Assembly: GCA_004284765.1 (NCBI GenBank)
Contig: NQJD01000035.1
Location: 1 to 25,689 of the forward strand
Reading direction: 5' to 3'
Origin: Candidatus Electronema aureum
GTDB taxonomy: Bacteria; Desulfobacterota; Desulfobulbia; Desulfobulbales; Desulfobulbaceae
DNA: 25,689 bases
Each line of letters begins with the position of its first letter. Positions within the stretch are counted from its first letter, which is position 1. Made by a program: the position numbers and the translations under genes. Shown here one piece after another: positions 8,012-15,973 of the stretch. The notes under the pieces were generated by a model. It saw only the letters and a list, made by a program, of their open reading frames with translations. It had not been told where the DNA came from and made no database searches.

Positions 8012-8548
8012 ATGAACGACAAAGAGGTGCTTTGGAGAGATATTATGCCACTGGAATGGAATCAGGAAAAATACACCACAGGCTTTACGGCCATTGACGA
8101 GCAGCATTACCAGTTATTTGATGGTTTAAACAGCTTGCTCGTTTTCTTGAAAGATTCATCCAATATTGAGCAGCCAGAGGAGCAGGAAAAAGCGATGGAG
8201 CTGATCAACTTTCTTGGCGAATATGCAGTCAATCATTTCCGTGATGAAGAGGAGCTGTTTGAGAAGAGCCAGCATCCGATGAAAGATATCAATAAAGAAG
8301 AGCATCAGCGATTTGTTGCCAAGTATCTTGAGTATAAAAACAAGCTCACTGCCGGAACGATTACGCGCGGCACTTTGATTCAGCTCCATATTTTTCTTCA
8401 GTCTTGGTTAGTTAAGCATATCTCAAAAATCGATACCTCCTTGCGTGAATGCGTGGTTCAGGAAGCGGCGGAAAGTGATTTCACCAAGAAGCAAAGCGTA
8501 TTTGCCCGCTTTTTATCCCTGTTTCAGAAGAAGCAATTAGCTGCATGA
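8012..8548 (+). CDS. Hemerythrin-like metal-binding protein (bacteriohemerythrin)
   Basis: W...Y.TG...ID.QH..LF, the H..F..EE..F motif (NHFRDEEELF), EH..F, and WL..HI...D are the hemerythrin His/Glu/Asp ligand pattern. An alternative start ATG at 8045 would give MPLEW. Confidence 0.8.
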   Translation: MNDKEVLWRDIMPLEWNQEKYTTGFTAIDEQHYQLFDGLNSLLVFLKDSSNIEQPEEQEKAMELINFLGEYAVNHFRDEEELFEKSQHPMKDINKEEHQRFVAKYLEYKNKLTAGTITRGTLIQLHIFLQSWLVKHISKIDTSLRECVVQEAAESDFTKKQSVFARFLSLFQKKQLAA

Positions 8549-9246
8549 ATTTGCCCATTGCTGTCTGCGGTATTGACACTGGGGTCGGTAAGTCGGTCGT
8601 CACTGGCCTGCTGGCCCGGTATTTGTTGGATCAGGGCAAATCGGTTATCACCCAAAAGCTGGTGCAAACTGGCTGTAGCGGGCGTTCGGAAGATATTCTT
8701 CTGCACCGCAAACTGATGGGCATGAGCTGGCAGCCGGAGGACGAGCAGCGGCTGACCTGCCCGTATTGCTTCCCGTTGCCTGCTTCGCCGCATTTGGCGG
8801 CGGAACAGTCTAACACAGTTATCGATCCGGTTCAACTTGACCAAGCCGCCGACCAGCTTGCCGCCCAGTTCGATCAGCTCATTGTCGAAGGAGCAGGCGG
8901 CCTGCTGGTGCCGCTAACTCGCTCGCTACTCTTGCTTGACTACTTGCAAGGCCGCAACTGGCCGCTGATTCTCGTCACCACTCCCCGTCTCGGCTCGATC
9001 AATCACACCCTGCTCTGCCTTGAAGCAGTCAAACAGCGGCAGATGCGCTTACTTGGCTTGGTGTATAATCTGCACGGTAGCCATCCGCCGGAAATCGTCA
9101 ACGATTCGCTCCGCTTTTTCCGAGATTCGCTGGGCCGTTACGACTTTCCCGAAAAGATTGTCCTGCTACCGGATATGAAGGAAAGTTGCTCAGTGAATTG
9201 GGAGCTACTGCTTTCTCATCCCCCAATTCTCGACATCCGCCCGTGA
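8545..9246 (+). CDS. bioD: ATP-dependent dethiobiotin synthetase
   Basis: GIDTGVGKSVV P-loop, P.ASPHLAA, VEGAGGLLVPL, PRLGSINHTLL. The ATGA start/stop overlaps the hemerythrin gene. The last ~10 codons lie in a 36-bp repeat also found at the moaA 3' end. Confidence 0.85.
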   Translation: MNLPIAVCGIDTGVGKSVVTGLLARYLLDQGKSVITQKLVQTGCSGRSEDILLHRKLMGMSWQPEDEQRLTCPYCFPLPASPHLAAEQSNTVIDPVQLDQAADQLAAQFDQLIVEGAGGLLVPLTRSLLLLDYLQGRNWPLILVTTPRLGSINHTLLCLEAVKQRQMRLLGLVYNLHGSHPPEIVNDSLRFFRDSLGRYDFPEKIVLLPDMKESCSVNWELLLSHPPILDIRP

Positions 9247-9251
9247 TAGCC
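9216..9251 (+). repeat. 36-bp direct repeat, copy 1 (forms the bioD 3' end)
   Basis: tcatcccccaattctcgacatccgcccgtgatagcc versus copy 2 tcaccccccaatcctcgacatccgcccgtggcagcc: 32 of 36 positions identical, same orientation. Confidence 0.8.
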
Positions 9252-9498
9252 ATTTCTTATTATGACTACGCTTGCATCAATATGAAATAAAACAAAAAAT
9301 CAAGTAATCTGAACATGGCACAAATCCTCCCCCTGTGCCGAAAAATAAAGTTCCATCTCCTCTGATTGCCTTTCTGGCGCAAAAGTTCCGTTTTCTGACG
9401 CATCAGTACCTTATAATAAATCCAGGCATAGTGTACTCTATGTTTACAACATAAGGTTGATATTTCGTCAGCCTAGAATCAAGAATAAGGAGTTTGTC

Positions 9499-9780
9499 AT
9501 GCTGAAGAAAAAAGTTTTTATCGTGCCTGCTATCTTGGTGACCATGAATGCAACATCTGTTTTTGCAGGAAAAGATATAGCAACTATGCCTGCCCAAGAA
9601 GCAGTTAGTGGTCATGCGACAACAGGAGAAAAAACAGTAACTATTCCCGCTGAATTTGAGACGATAACAGCAAAAAGTCAATCTGATACTTCTGAATCCA
9701 AGGGGGTTGTTCCCGCTGAGTATCAGGCGATAGTTATTCGCCCCGCATCTGAAAGGATAGAGACTATCCCAGCAAAGTAA
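9499..9780 (+). CDS. Small secreted protein with PAE[FY] repeats (93 aa), possibly a gene remnant
   Basis: AAGGAG 6 nt upstream of ATG 9499. Signal peptide MLKKKVFIVPAILVTMNATSVFA. Repeated motifs: TIPAEFETITAK, VVPAEYQAIVIRPAS, ETIPAK. Double stop TAATAG. The track ORF 9457..9780 has an upstream extension. Confidence 0.5.
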   Translation: MLKKKVFIVPAILVTMNATSVFAGKDIATMPAQEAVSGHATTGEKTVTIPAEFETITAKSQSDTSESKGVVPAEYQAIVIRPASERIETIPAK

Positions 9781-9820
9781 TAGCGGAATCTGTCTAATCT
9801 CTCTGCGTTGTTCTGGGTAA

Positions 9821-9857
9821 AGAATGGCCTGCAAGCGAATCATTTGCAGGCCATTCT
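9821..9857. terminator. Strong hairpin between the small ORF (+) and moaA (-); candidate bidirectional terminator
   Basis: agaatggcctgcaa / gcgaatcat / ttgcaggccattct: perfect 14-bp stem with a 9-nt loop, 7 nt from the moaA stop. Confidence 0.6.
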
Positions 9858-9863
9858 TGCTGT

Positions 9864-9899
9864 TCACCCCCCAATCCTCGACATCCGCCCGTGGCAGCC
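9864..9899 (+). repeat. 36-bp direct repeat, copy 2 (forms the moaA 3' end on the opposite strand)
   Basis: See copy 1. On the minus strand this copy encodes the MoaA C-terminus ..GRMSRIGG-stop. Confidence 0.8.
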
Positions 9900-10913
9900 G
9901 CCCTCCTGCTCGCGCAGCCGTTCCTCCATGCGGTGGCCCTGCGGTTTGCTGCGGACAGCGGCCAGCAGGGTTTCGCGGATTTCCTCATCCGTGCAGCCCC
10001 GGCGGAGGACAGCGCGAAGATCGGTTTCCGCGTCATGAAGTAGGCAGGCGCGGAGCATCCCCTCTGAGGTCAGGCGGAGACGATTACAGCGGTCGCAAAA
10101 ATGATGACTGAGCGGGCTAATGAAGCCGAGTTTGCCTTTTGCCTCCGCGCCGAGACGAAACATGCTGGCTGGGCCGTCAGTCTCGCTGCGATGCACCGGA
10201 ATCAGCTCGCCAAGATCGTATAGCCGCGCCTTGATCTCATCTGAAGACACGTATGTGTCTTTGCTCCAACGGGAAGATGCACCAATAGGCATAAATTCGA
10301 TGAAGCGCACGTGCAACTCAGTGTCGCGAGAGAGTCGAGCAAAGTCAGCTAATTCATCATCGTTCACGCCCCGCATGACCACCATGTTCAGCTTGACCGG
10401 TGCAAAACCTACTGAACGTGCCTTCTCAATCCCCTGCCAAACTTGAGCAAAACAATCTGCGCCCGTGATGCGAGCAAACCGCTCTGGCTGTAGGCTGTCC
10501 AAGCTGATGTTGATTTTGCTGATTCCCGCCGCCCGCAGGTCTTCCGCGTAGCGCGACAACAGCACGCCATTGGTGGTGATGCGGATATCGCGAAGCTGCT
10601 TAATTGCCGCGAGCTGGTTGACAAAGTCCATCACATTCCGCCGCACCAAGGGTTCTCCGCCGGTTAGACGTAGCTTGGTCATGCCCATGCTCACTGCCGC
10701 TCGCACCACTCGCAATAATTCTTCGTAACTGAGTAGGTCTTCCTGCTCTAGCTTGGGCAAGCCGCCTTCTTCTGGCACACAGTACAGGCACTTGAGGTTG
10801 CAGCGGTCTGTGAGCGAGAGCCGCAAATAGGAGATGGTGCGGTCAAAGAGGTCGGTGAGGACGCTGTTTTCCGGGGAAAGAGCGGTGCCAGTGACGCTTT
10901 TGCTTGCGGGCAT
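9864..10913 (-). CDS. moaA: GTP 3',8-cyclase (molybdenum cofactor biosynthesis, radical SAM)
   Basis: YLRLSLTDRCNLKCLYC (CxxxCxxC radical-SAM cluster), LTGGEPL, a C-terminal CxxCxRxRLT cluster motif (FCDRCNRLRLTSEG), and a terminal Gly-Gly. The start is taken as ATG 10913. The track ORF extends to 11150 across the divergent tsaD start. Confidence 0.9.
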   Translation of the reverse strand: MPASKSVTGTALSPENSVLTDLFDRTISYLRLSLTDRCNLKCLYCVPEEGGLPKLEQEDLLSYEELLRVVRAAVSMGMTKLRLTGGEPLVRRNVMDFVNQLAAIKQLRDIRITTNGVLLSRYAEDLRAAGISKINISLDSLQPERFARITGADCFAQVWQGIEKARSVGFAPVKLNMVVMRGVNDDELADFARLSRDTELHVRFIEFMPIGASSRWSKDTYVSSDEIKARLYDLGELIPVHRSETDGPASMFRLGAEAKGKLGFISPLSHHFCDRCNRLRLTSEGMLRACLLHDAETDLRAVLRRGCTDEEIRETLLAAVRSKPQGHRMEERLREQEGGCHGRMSRIGG

Positions 10914-11045
10914 GAGTGCGGGCCTGTATTTTCTTTGACATGCAGCGCAGCGTGGGCCGAAGAACGGCGCAGTGCACCCAGTTGCTCCCTTGCGGAGACG
11001 TAAATTAAAATTACCTGAAGATTGCCGCAGAGTCGAGATAAAAAC

Positions 11046-12044
11046 ATGCTTATCCTTGCCATAGAAAGCTCTTGTGACGATACCGCTGCTGCTGTCTTGG
11101 ATAATGACCGCGTGCTTTCTAATGTGATCAGCAGCCAGTTTGCTGTCCATGCCAAATACGGCGGTGTGGTGCCAGAATTAGCCTCGCGCTGCCATATTGA
11201 AGCGATCTGGCCAGTCGTGAACGAAGCTCTGACCGCCGCTGGCGTTTCCTTAGACGAAATTGGCCTGATTGCTGCCACTCAAGGGCCAGGCTTGGTCGGT
11301 TGTCTGCTGGTGGGTTTCACCTTTGCTAAGTCCTTGGCCTTGGTGCGACAAATTCCCTGCGTTGGAGTTGATCACCTTACCGGGCATTTATTGGCTATTC
11401 TTTTAGAACAGGAAAAGCCGGCCTTTCCCTATACTGCACTGGTGGTTTCTGGCGGTACCAGCTCACTCTTTGCGGTCAGTAGCCCGATTGAGTTTCGGCT
11501 CTTAGGACGCACCCGCGATGATGCGGCAGGCGAAGCGTTTGACAAAGTAGCAAAAATGCTGGACTTGGGCTGTCCGGGCGGGCCTGCGGTGAGTACCTTG
11601 GCCGAGCAAGGCCGCGCTGATGCCTTTGCCTTTCCTCGCGCTTTAGCAGATGGTAGCGTTGATTTCAGTTTCAGCGGTCTCAAGACAGCAGTGGCCAATC
11701 AGGTCAGCCGTTTTCTCCAGCAAGAACTGCCTGTGCCAAAAGCAGATATCTGCGCCTCGTTTGAGCAGGCCGTAGTCGATGCGCTGACCGAGAAAACGAT
11801 TACAGCGGCCAAACGATGCGGGCATCAGCGGGTGGTACTGGGCGGCGGTGTGGCAGCCAATAACACGCTACGGCGACAGATATGTACTCGCTGCGCCGAG
11901 GAGCGGCTGCAATGTTTTTTGCCTTCACCGGTTTTCTGCACTGATAACGCCGCAATGATCGGCTTGGCTGGTTATCATCAGTTCGTTGCTGGAAATACGA
12001 TTGGCTCAGATGCAGATGCGTTCTCACGTTCTCCGCTCAACTGA
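11046..12044 (+). CDS. tsaD: tRNA N6-adenosine threonylcarbamoyltransferase (Kae1/Gcp family)
   Basis: MLILAIESSCDDTAAAV, H..YGGVVPE.ASR.H, GPGL.G.LLVG, VDHL.GH, VSGG.S, GGGVAAN. An alternative upstream ATG is at 11022. Confidence 0.95.
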   Translation: MLILAIESSCDDTAAAVLDNDRVLSNVISSQFAVHAKYGGVVPELASRCHIEAIWPVVNEALTAAGVSLDEIGLIAATQGPGLVGCLLVGFTFAKSLALVRQIPCVGVDHLTGHLLAILLEQEKPAFPYTALVVSGGTSSLFAVSSPIEFRLLGRTRDDAAGEAFDKVAKMLDLGCPGGPAVSTLAEQGRADAFAFPRALADGSVDFSFSGLKTAVANQVSRFLQQELPVPKADICASFEQAVVDALTEKTITAAKRCGHQRVVLGGGVAANNTLRRQICTRCAEERLQCFLPSPVFCTDNAAMIGLAGYHQFVAGNTIGSDADAFSRSPLN

Positions 12045-12045
12045 C

Positions 12046-12567
12046 ATGATGCCGCTTTTCCTCCAAAAGCTGCTGCGTTTGCCAAGATATTATCTGCTGC
12101 GGATCAAGCGACTCAAGGGTGATCCAGAATATCTTGCCAGAGGTGTAGCCTTAGGGGTGTTTATGGGCAACCTGCCTTTAGTCCCGCAGACCTTGCTTCT
12201 CATCCCAATTACGGTCTATTTTCGGGTAAGTACAGTAGCGGCGGTTATTGCTTCAATCATCGTCAACAATCCGCTCACTGTCACCTTTCAGTATTATATA
12301 GCGTGGAAGATTGGCAGTGCTATCCTGCCCGACAAAGGCTCGATGGAGCAGCTGCACCATTTGCTCCAAGTCATTGCCGAGCAAGGCTTGATTGATGGAT
12401 TAGCTGCTTTTGGTCGCCTTGGTTTTGATACTCTGCTGGTACTGTTACTTGGCGGTATTCTCATGGGTGTACCAATGGCGGTAATCAGCTATTTTCCCGC
12501 CCGCAAGTTTTTCTGTATTGTTCGGGAACGACGACTAAAGAGACACCGACTGGACAACAGAACATGA
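12046..12567 (+). CDS. DUF2062-like membrane protein, tandem paralogue 1
   Basis: LRLPRYYLLRIKRLKGDPEYLARGVALGVFMGNLPL.PQT...IP....FRVSTVAA......NNPLT...QYY..WK.G matches my recollection of DUF2062. The ATG is 1 nt after the tsaD stop. Confidence 0.75.
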   Translation: MMPLFLQKLLRLPRYYLLRIKRLKGDPEYLARGVALGVFMGNLPLVPQTLLLIPITVYFRVSTVAAVIASIIVNNPLTVTFQYYIAWKIGSAILPDKGSMEQLHHLLQVIAEQGLIDGLAAFGRLGFDTLLVLLLGGILMGVPMAVISYFPARKFFCIVRERRLKRHRLDNRT

Positions 12568-13100
12568 CAACGATAGGCAACCTGTTCCGCAAGCTGCTGC
12601 GTCTGCCAAGGTATTATTATCTGCGGATTAAGCGGCTACGAGGTGACCCAGAATATCTTGCCAAAGGCTTTGCTTTTGGCATATTTTTAGGGGTGCTGCC
12701 GTTAGCTCCGGTGCAGACTTTTATTCTTGTCCCTTTAACTATCCTCCTACGGGTCAGCACCCTGTCTGCCTTTATTGCTGGAGTGTTAGTTAGTAATCCC
12801 CTGACTTTTATCCCTCAGTATTATCTCACGTGGCAGGTAGGCAATATTGTTTTACCCGGCTGGGCTGAGTGGGCGCAAATACAGGAAGCTCTGCGGGTCA
12901 TCGGAGAGCAAGGCGTGCTGGATGGTCTTATTGCTCTCAGCCGCTTGGGTATTAAAACCATCGCGGTGATTGAAACCGGCGGGGCGATCATCGGCCTGCC
13001 CGTTGCCGTGATCAGCTATTTCCCTGCCCGCAAGTTTTTCCGCGCTATGCGTGAACGGCGACTGAAGAAATGTAGGCTTAATAAAGAACAATGCCAATAA
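12564..13100 (+). CDS. DUF2062-like membrane protein, tandem paralogue 2
   Basis: Same architecture: LRLPRYYYLRIKRLRGDPEYLAKGFAFGIFLGVLPL...SNPLTFIPQYYLTWQVG...VISYFPARKFF. ATGA overlap with paralogue 1. Confidence 0.75.
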   Translation: MTTIGNLFRKLLRLPRYYYLRIKRLRGDPEYLAKGFAFGIFLGVLPLAPVQTFILVPLTILLRVSTLSAFIAGVLVSNPLTFIPQYYLTWQVGNIVLPGWAEWAQIQEALRVIGEQGVLDGLIALSRLGIKTIAVIETGGAIIGLPVAVISYFPARKFFRAMRERRLKKCRLNKEQCQ

Positions 13101-13606
13101 GGAAAACAACTCTTTTGCGTGCGCTGAAGTATTATTATCTGCGGGTTAAGCGGTTAAAAGGCGATCCTGAATATTTAGCCAGAGGTGTAGGCTTCGGGGT
13201 CTTTATCGGCAATCTCCCCCTGATGCCACAGAGTGTCTTTTTAATTTCACTGACTGTGCTGCTGCGGATCAGTACAGTAGCTGCCTTCATCTCCTCAACA
13301 GTGGTCAACAATCCCTTGACCGTGATGTTTCAGTATTATCTGTCTTGGAAGGTGGGCAACGCCATCCTACATGGCCATTGCACGTGGACGCAGCTGCGCT
13401 CCGCTCTGCTCAAGTTTGATATCGGGTTGCGGGTCGGATTAGCGGCCATAAGCGGGCTGGGTTTAGAAACCTTGGGCGTATTACTGACCGGTGGAACGAT
13501 TATCGGCTTAGTAACAGGCCTAATCAGCTATTTATTCTTTCGCAAATTCTTTTGGGCAATCAAGAAGAAACGCGCCCTTAAACACCGTTTGGACAGCCGG
13601 AGCTGA
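13091..13606 (+). CDS. DUF2062-like membrane protein, tandem paralogue 3
   Basis: LKYYYLRVKRLKGDPEYLARGVGFGVFIGNLPLMPQ...NNPLTVMFQYYLSWKVG. Overlaps paralogue 2 by 10 nt. Confidence 0.75.
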   Translation: MPIRKTTLLRALKYYYLRVKRLKGDPEYLARGVGFGVFIGNLPLMPQSVFLISLTVLLRISTVAAFISSTVVNNPLTVMFQYYLSWKVGNAILHGHCTWTQLRSALLKFDIGLRVGLAAISGLGLETLGVLLTGGTIIGLVTGLISYLFFRKFFWAIKKKRALKHRLDSRS

Positions 13607-13610
13607 ACCT

Positions 13611-14477
13611 ATGTTTTATCAAAGAAGCAAAACCGTGCTGCGCCAGCAAGGATTAGCAGCCTCAAAGAAGCTCGGTCAAAACTTCCTTGTGCATAAGCAC
13701 ACTGCTGAACATATCGCTGATTTGGCAGACCTCAGCAAAGAAGACACGGTTATCGAAGTTGGTGTCGGCCTTGGTGCCTTAACCGGGCCTTTAGCAGAAC
13801 GTGCAGGTCAAGTTATCGGCTTGGAAATGGATTCCGGTATTATCCGTCTGCATGAAAAGAAACAAGACCTGCCCAACAACGTCCGTCTGCTCCATCAGGA
13901 TGTGTTGACCGCTGATTTCAGTGCCTTAGCAGAAGAATATGGCCAATTGAAGATTGTTGCTAATCTGCCTTACTCCATTTCTTCGCCTTTCTTATTTAAA
14001 CTGATTGAACACAGCGAGCTGATCGACTCTGCGGTGGTTATGCTTCAGAAAGAGGTGGCCGCGCGGCTGCTCGCTCAACCCGGTACTAAGGACTACGGCG
14101 CACCCACCGTGCTGTTAGCTGCCTGCGCTACGGTCGAGCTGCTGCTGGAGATTGGGCCAGAGGAGTTTCATCCGCAACCTAAGGTAGATTCGTTGCTGGT
14201 GCGGCTCGTCTTTCATCCTGTACCAGAACGGGTACGCAAACTCGATCCCTTTGACCAGCAGATGCTGAAACGAATTGTCAGCGCAGCCTTTGGTCAGCGG
14301 CGAAAGACCCTGTTCAATGGGTTGGCCGCAGCTGCTTTGGCCAGCAAAGAGGAATTAGCCGCCTGCATCGCCGCTGCTGGGTTAGCTCCGGCGGTGCGGG
14401 CCGAGCGGTTGAGCTTGGAGGACTTTGTTCATCTGGCTCGATTGATGAGTGAGCGCGTACTTTTGCCAACTGCGTAG
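13611..14477 (+). CDS. rsmA: 16S rRNA (adenine1518/1519-N6)-dimethyltransferase
   Basis: KKLGQNFLV, VIEVGVGLGALT (SAM motif), ANLPYSISSP, AFGQRRKTL. Confidence 0.95.
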   Translation: MFYQRSKTVLRQQGLAASKKLGQNFLVHKHTAEHIADLADLSKEDTVIEVGVGLGALTGPLAERAGQVIGLEMDSGIIRLHEKKQDLPNNVRLLHQDVLTADFSALAEEYGQLKIVANLPYSISSPFLFKLIEHSELIDSAVVMLQKEVAARLLAQPGTKDYGAPTVLLAACATVELLLEIGPEEFHPQPKVDSLLVRLVFHPVPERVRKLDPFDQQMLKRIVSAAFGQRRKTLFNGLAAAALASKEELAACIAAAGLAPAVRAERLSLEDFVHLARLMSERVLLPTA

Positions 14478-14480
14478 GTT

Positions 14481-15443
14481 CTATACTTGTGGCTCTAAAA
14501 TACCGATCACTACTCTTTCGCGGTCGTCTATATAACCTTTAGGCAAGTAATACAGAGACAATCGGCATCTGTCGTATTCTTCTACCGGATAATGCTGCTC
14601 AAGCAGAGCTTCCCATGTCTTTTGATCAAAGGAAGCTGGCAAATCTTCAAGCAACTTAGCTGCCGCTGAACGAAAAGCCAATCGTTTTTCAGTACAATTG
14701 CTGCCAGCTAAGACAGCAGGCAGGGATAAGCTAAGAACTGACTGACTTTCCTCGCCGCTTTCCTCCATCAATATATCAAAGGCATCACGGTCAGCGGTGA
14801 CGAAACTGCTGGCAGGGAGCGGTTGGCTCCCCAAGGTGATCAAGTTGCGCCATGCCTTGAGCCGCAGGCGTATCCGACTGCTGTCCGCTGGGCGATCTGC
14901 GCTGGCCGCAGCTGTGGTTTGATCATTGCGCAAAGCCTGAAGCAGGCCGCTTTCTCGGAGGCTAATTCGGCGTAGGCTCTGCCGGATTTCCTCCTCCTGT
15001 CGTTCCACGATTTCCCCTAATTTTAACACCAACCGCGCCTGCCAGAGAATGCTGGCTTGTTCCTCGTCTGTGCTGGATTTTTCCGCAGTACCGCTGCTCT
15101 GGTGCCGCACTGCGCTGATGATGGTATTTTTGCTTTCCGTCTCCTCGTTGCGGCTCAGTCGTCCAGCCAAGGATAACCCAGCGTAATCACTGGGCCGATG
15201 CCGCATCTCCTTGATCAAGCAAAGAAAACGATCCTGATCAGCACCCAGCGGGGCAGGACAGTGGAAACGAAGTAAGCCCTGTTCAAGCAGCTCGCCAGCG
15301 ACAGACGGCAGCTCGTTTTTGCTGGGTAGATCATTTTCCGCAGGCGCGATATAGACAGCTTCAGCAAAAAACTGTACAAGAGGAAACAGTATTTCGTCCT
15401 TGGGTAAGGTATCTGGAAAAACGCACAATCGTTGAGTATTCAT
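14481..15443 (-). CDS. Hypothetical protein (320 aa, acidic, predicted soluble); no family recognised
   Basis: Long ORF with backbone-like composition, convergent with rsmA (3-nt gap). I recognise no motif and see no clear Shine-Dalgarno. Confidence 0.6.
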   Translation of the reverse strand: MNTQRLCVFPDTLPKDEILFPLVQFFAEAVYIAPAENDLPSKNELPSVAGELLEQGLLRFHCPAPLGADQDRFLCLIKEMRHRPSDYAGLSLAGRLSRNEETESKNTIISAVRHQSSGTAEKSSTDEEQASILWQARLVLKLGEIVERQEEEIRQSLRRISLRESGLLQALRNDQTTAAASADRPADSSRIRLRLKAWRNLITLGSQPLPASSFVTADRDAFDILMEESGEESQSVLSLSLPAVLAGSNCTEKRLAFRSAAAKLLEDLPASFDQKTWEALLEQHYPVEEYDRCRLSLYYLPKGYIDDRERVVIGILEPQV

Positions 15444-15444
15444 A

Positions 15445-15831
15445 ATGAAAACAATGTATGAGAGAGTTACCTTTGTTCTTGCTGCCGCAGTGTATCTCTT
15501 CTTTCATCTGCGGGGCGGTAAGACTATTGGAGAAATGCTGACTGGTACGATCATGCAACTGCTGACCACTGCGCCTTATTGCATCGGCTTCACTTGGATT
15601 TTAACCAGAATGATCAGCTATCCGCATCACGGGAAAGAATTAGCTTGGGACCGCATTGCCCGAATTTTCTTTGCGATTGGCATCTTCTTTGGCTTTTTCT
15701 TCGCTCTGTATGAAAATGCTGACCACGCGGAAAATGAGCGACTCAGGCAAGAACAAAGCCAGCCTTCTATTCTCACCACCAGAAATCCAGAACATGCGCC
15801 TGTCCACAGGAAGAAGGCTCCACTGGACTGA
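15445..15831 (+). CDS. Hypothetical small membrane protein (128 aa, about 3 hydrophobic segments)
   Basis: Hydrophobic stretches: VTFVLAAAVYLFF, LLTTAPYCIGFTWILTRMI, IFFAIGIFFGFFFALY. The start is uncertain, with alternative ATGs at 15454 and further in. Its ATG lies 1 nt from the divergent gene's ATG. Confidence 0.5.
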   Translation: MKTMYERVTFVLAAAVYLFFHLRGGKTIGEMLTGTIMQLLTTAPYCIGFTWILTRMISYPHHGKELAWDRIARIFFAIGIFFGFFFALYENADHAENERLRQEQSQPSILTTRNPEHAPVHRKKAPLD

Positions 15832-15973
15832 GCCAGCATACCCATCCCACCATTTTTTTCAGTGTGGAAGGAGCGAGATCACCAGTGTGGAGAGCGACTG
15901 CGCACTGGTGTGCAGGCTGGAACATCACTGGCCTGCTTCAGCCGCGTGAGCTGGGAAGAGATTGGCGTGTCCC

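Noticed and set aside
9403-9867. A 154-aa minus-strand ORF across the low-GC insert
   Set aside because: It is antisense to the signal-peptide mini-ORF, Cys/Arg/Phe-rich with no motifs, and runs through the 14-bp-stem hairpin. It is likely spurious.
10914-11045. Possible Moco (molybdenum cofactor) riboswitch in the 132-nt moaA 5' region
   Set aside because: moaA leaders often carry this riboswitch and the region is GC-rich and hairpin-prone. However, I could not confidently recognise the conserved Moco-motif core from memory, and the region is short because it is shared with the divergent tsaD. A covariance-model search with the Rfam Moco RNA motif model would decide. A significant hit on the minus strand would overturn this rejection.
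15880-15910. Hairpin caccagtg..cactggtg and duplicated cagtgtgga words between the small membrane ORF and the Roco 3' end
   Set aside because: The stem is only 8 bp with a 15-nt loop and no U-tract. It is plausible as a weak convergent terminator but is not distinctive enough to call.
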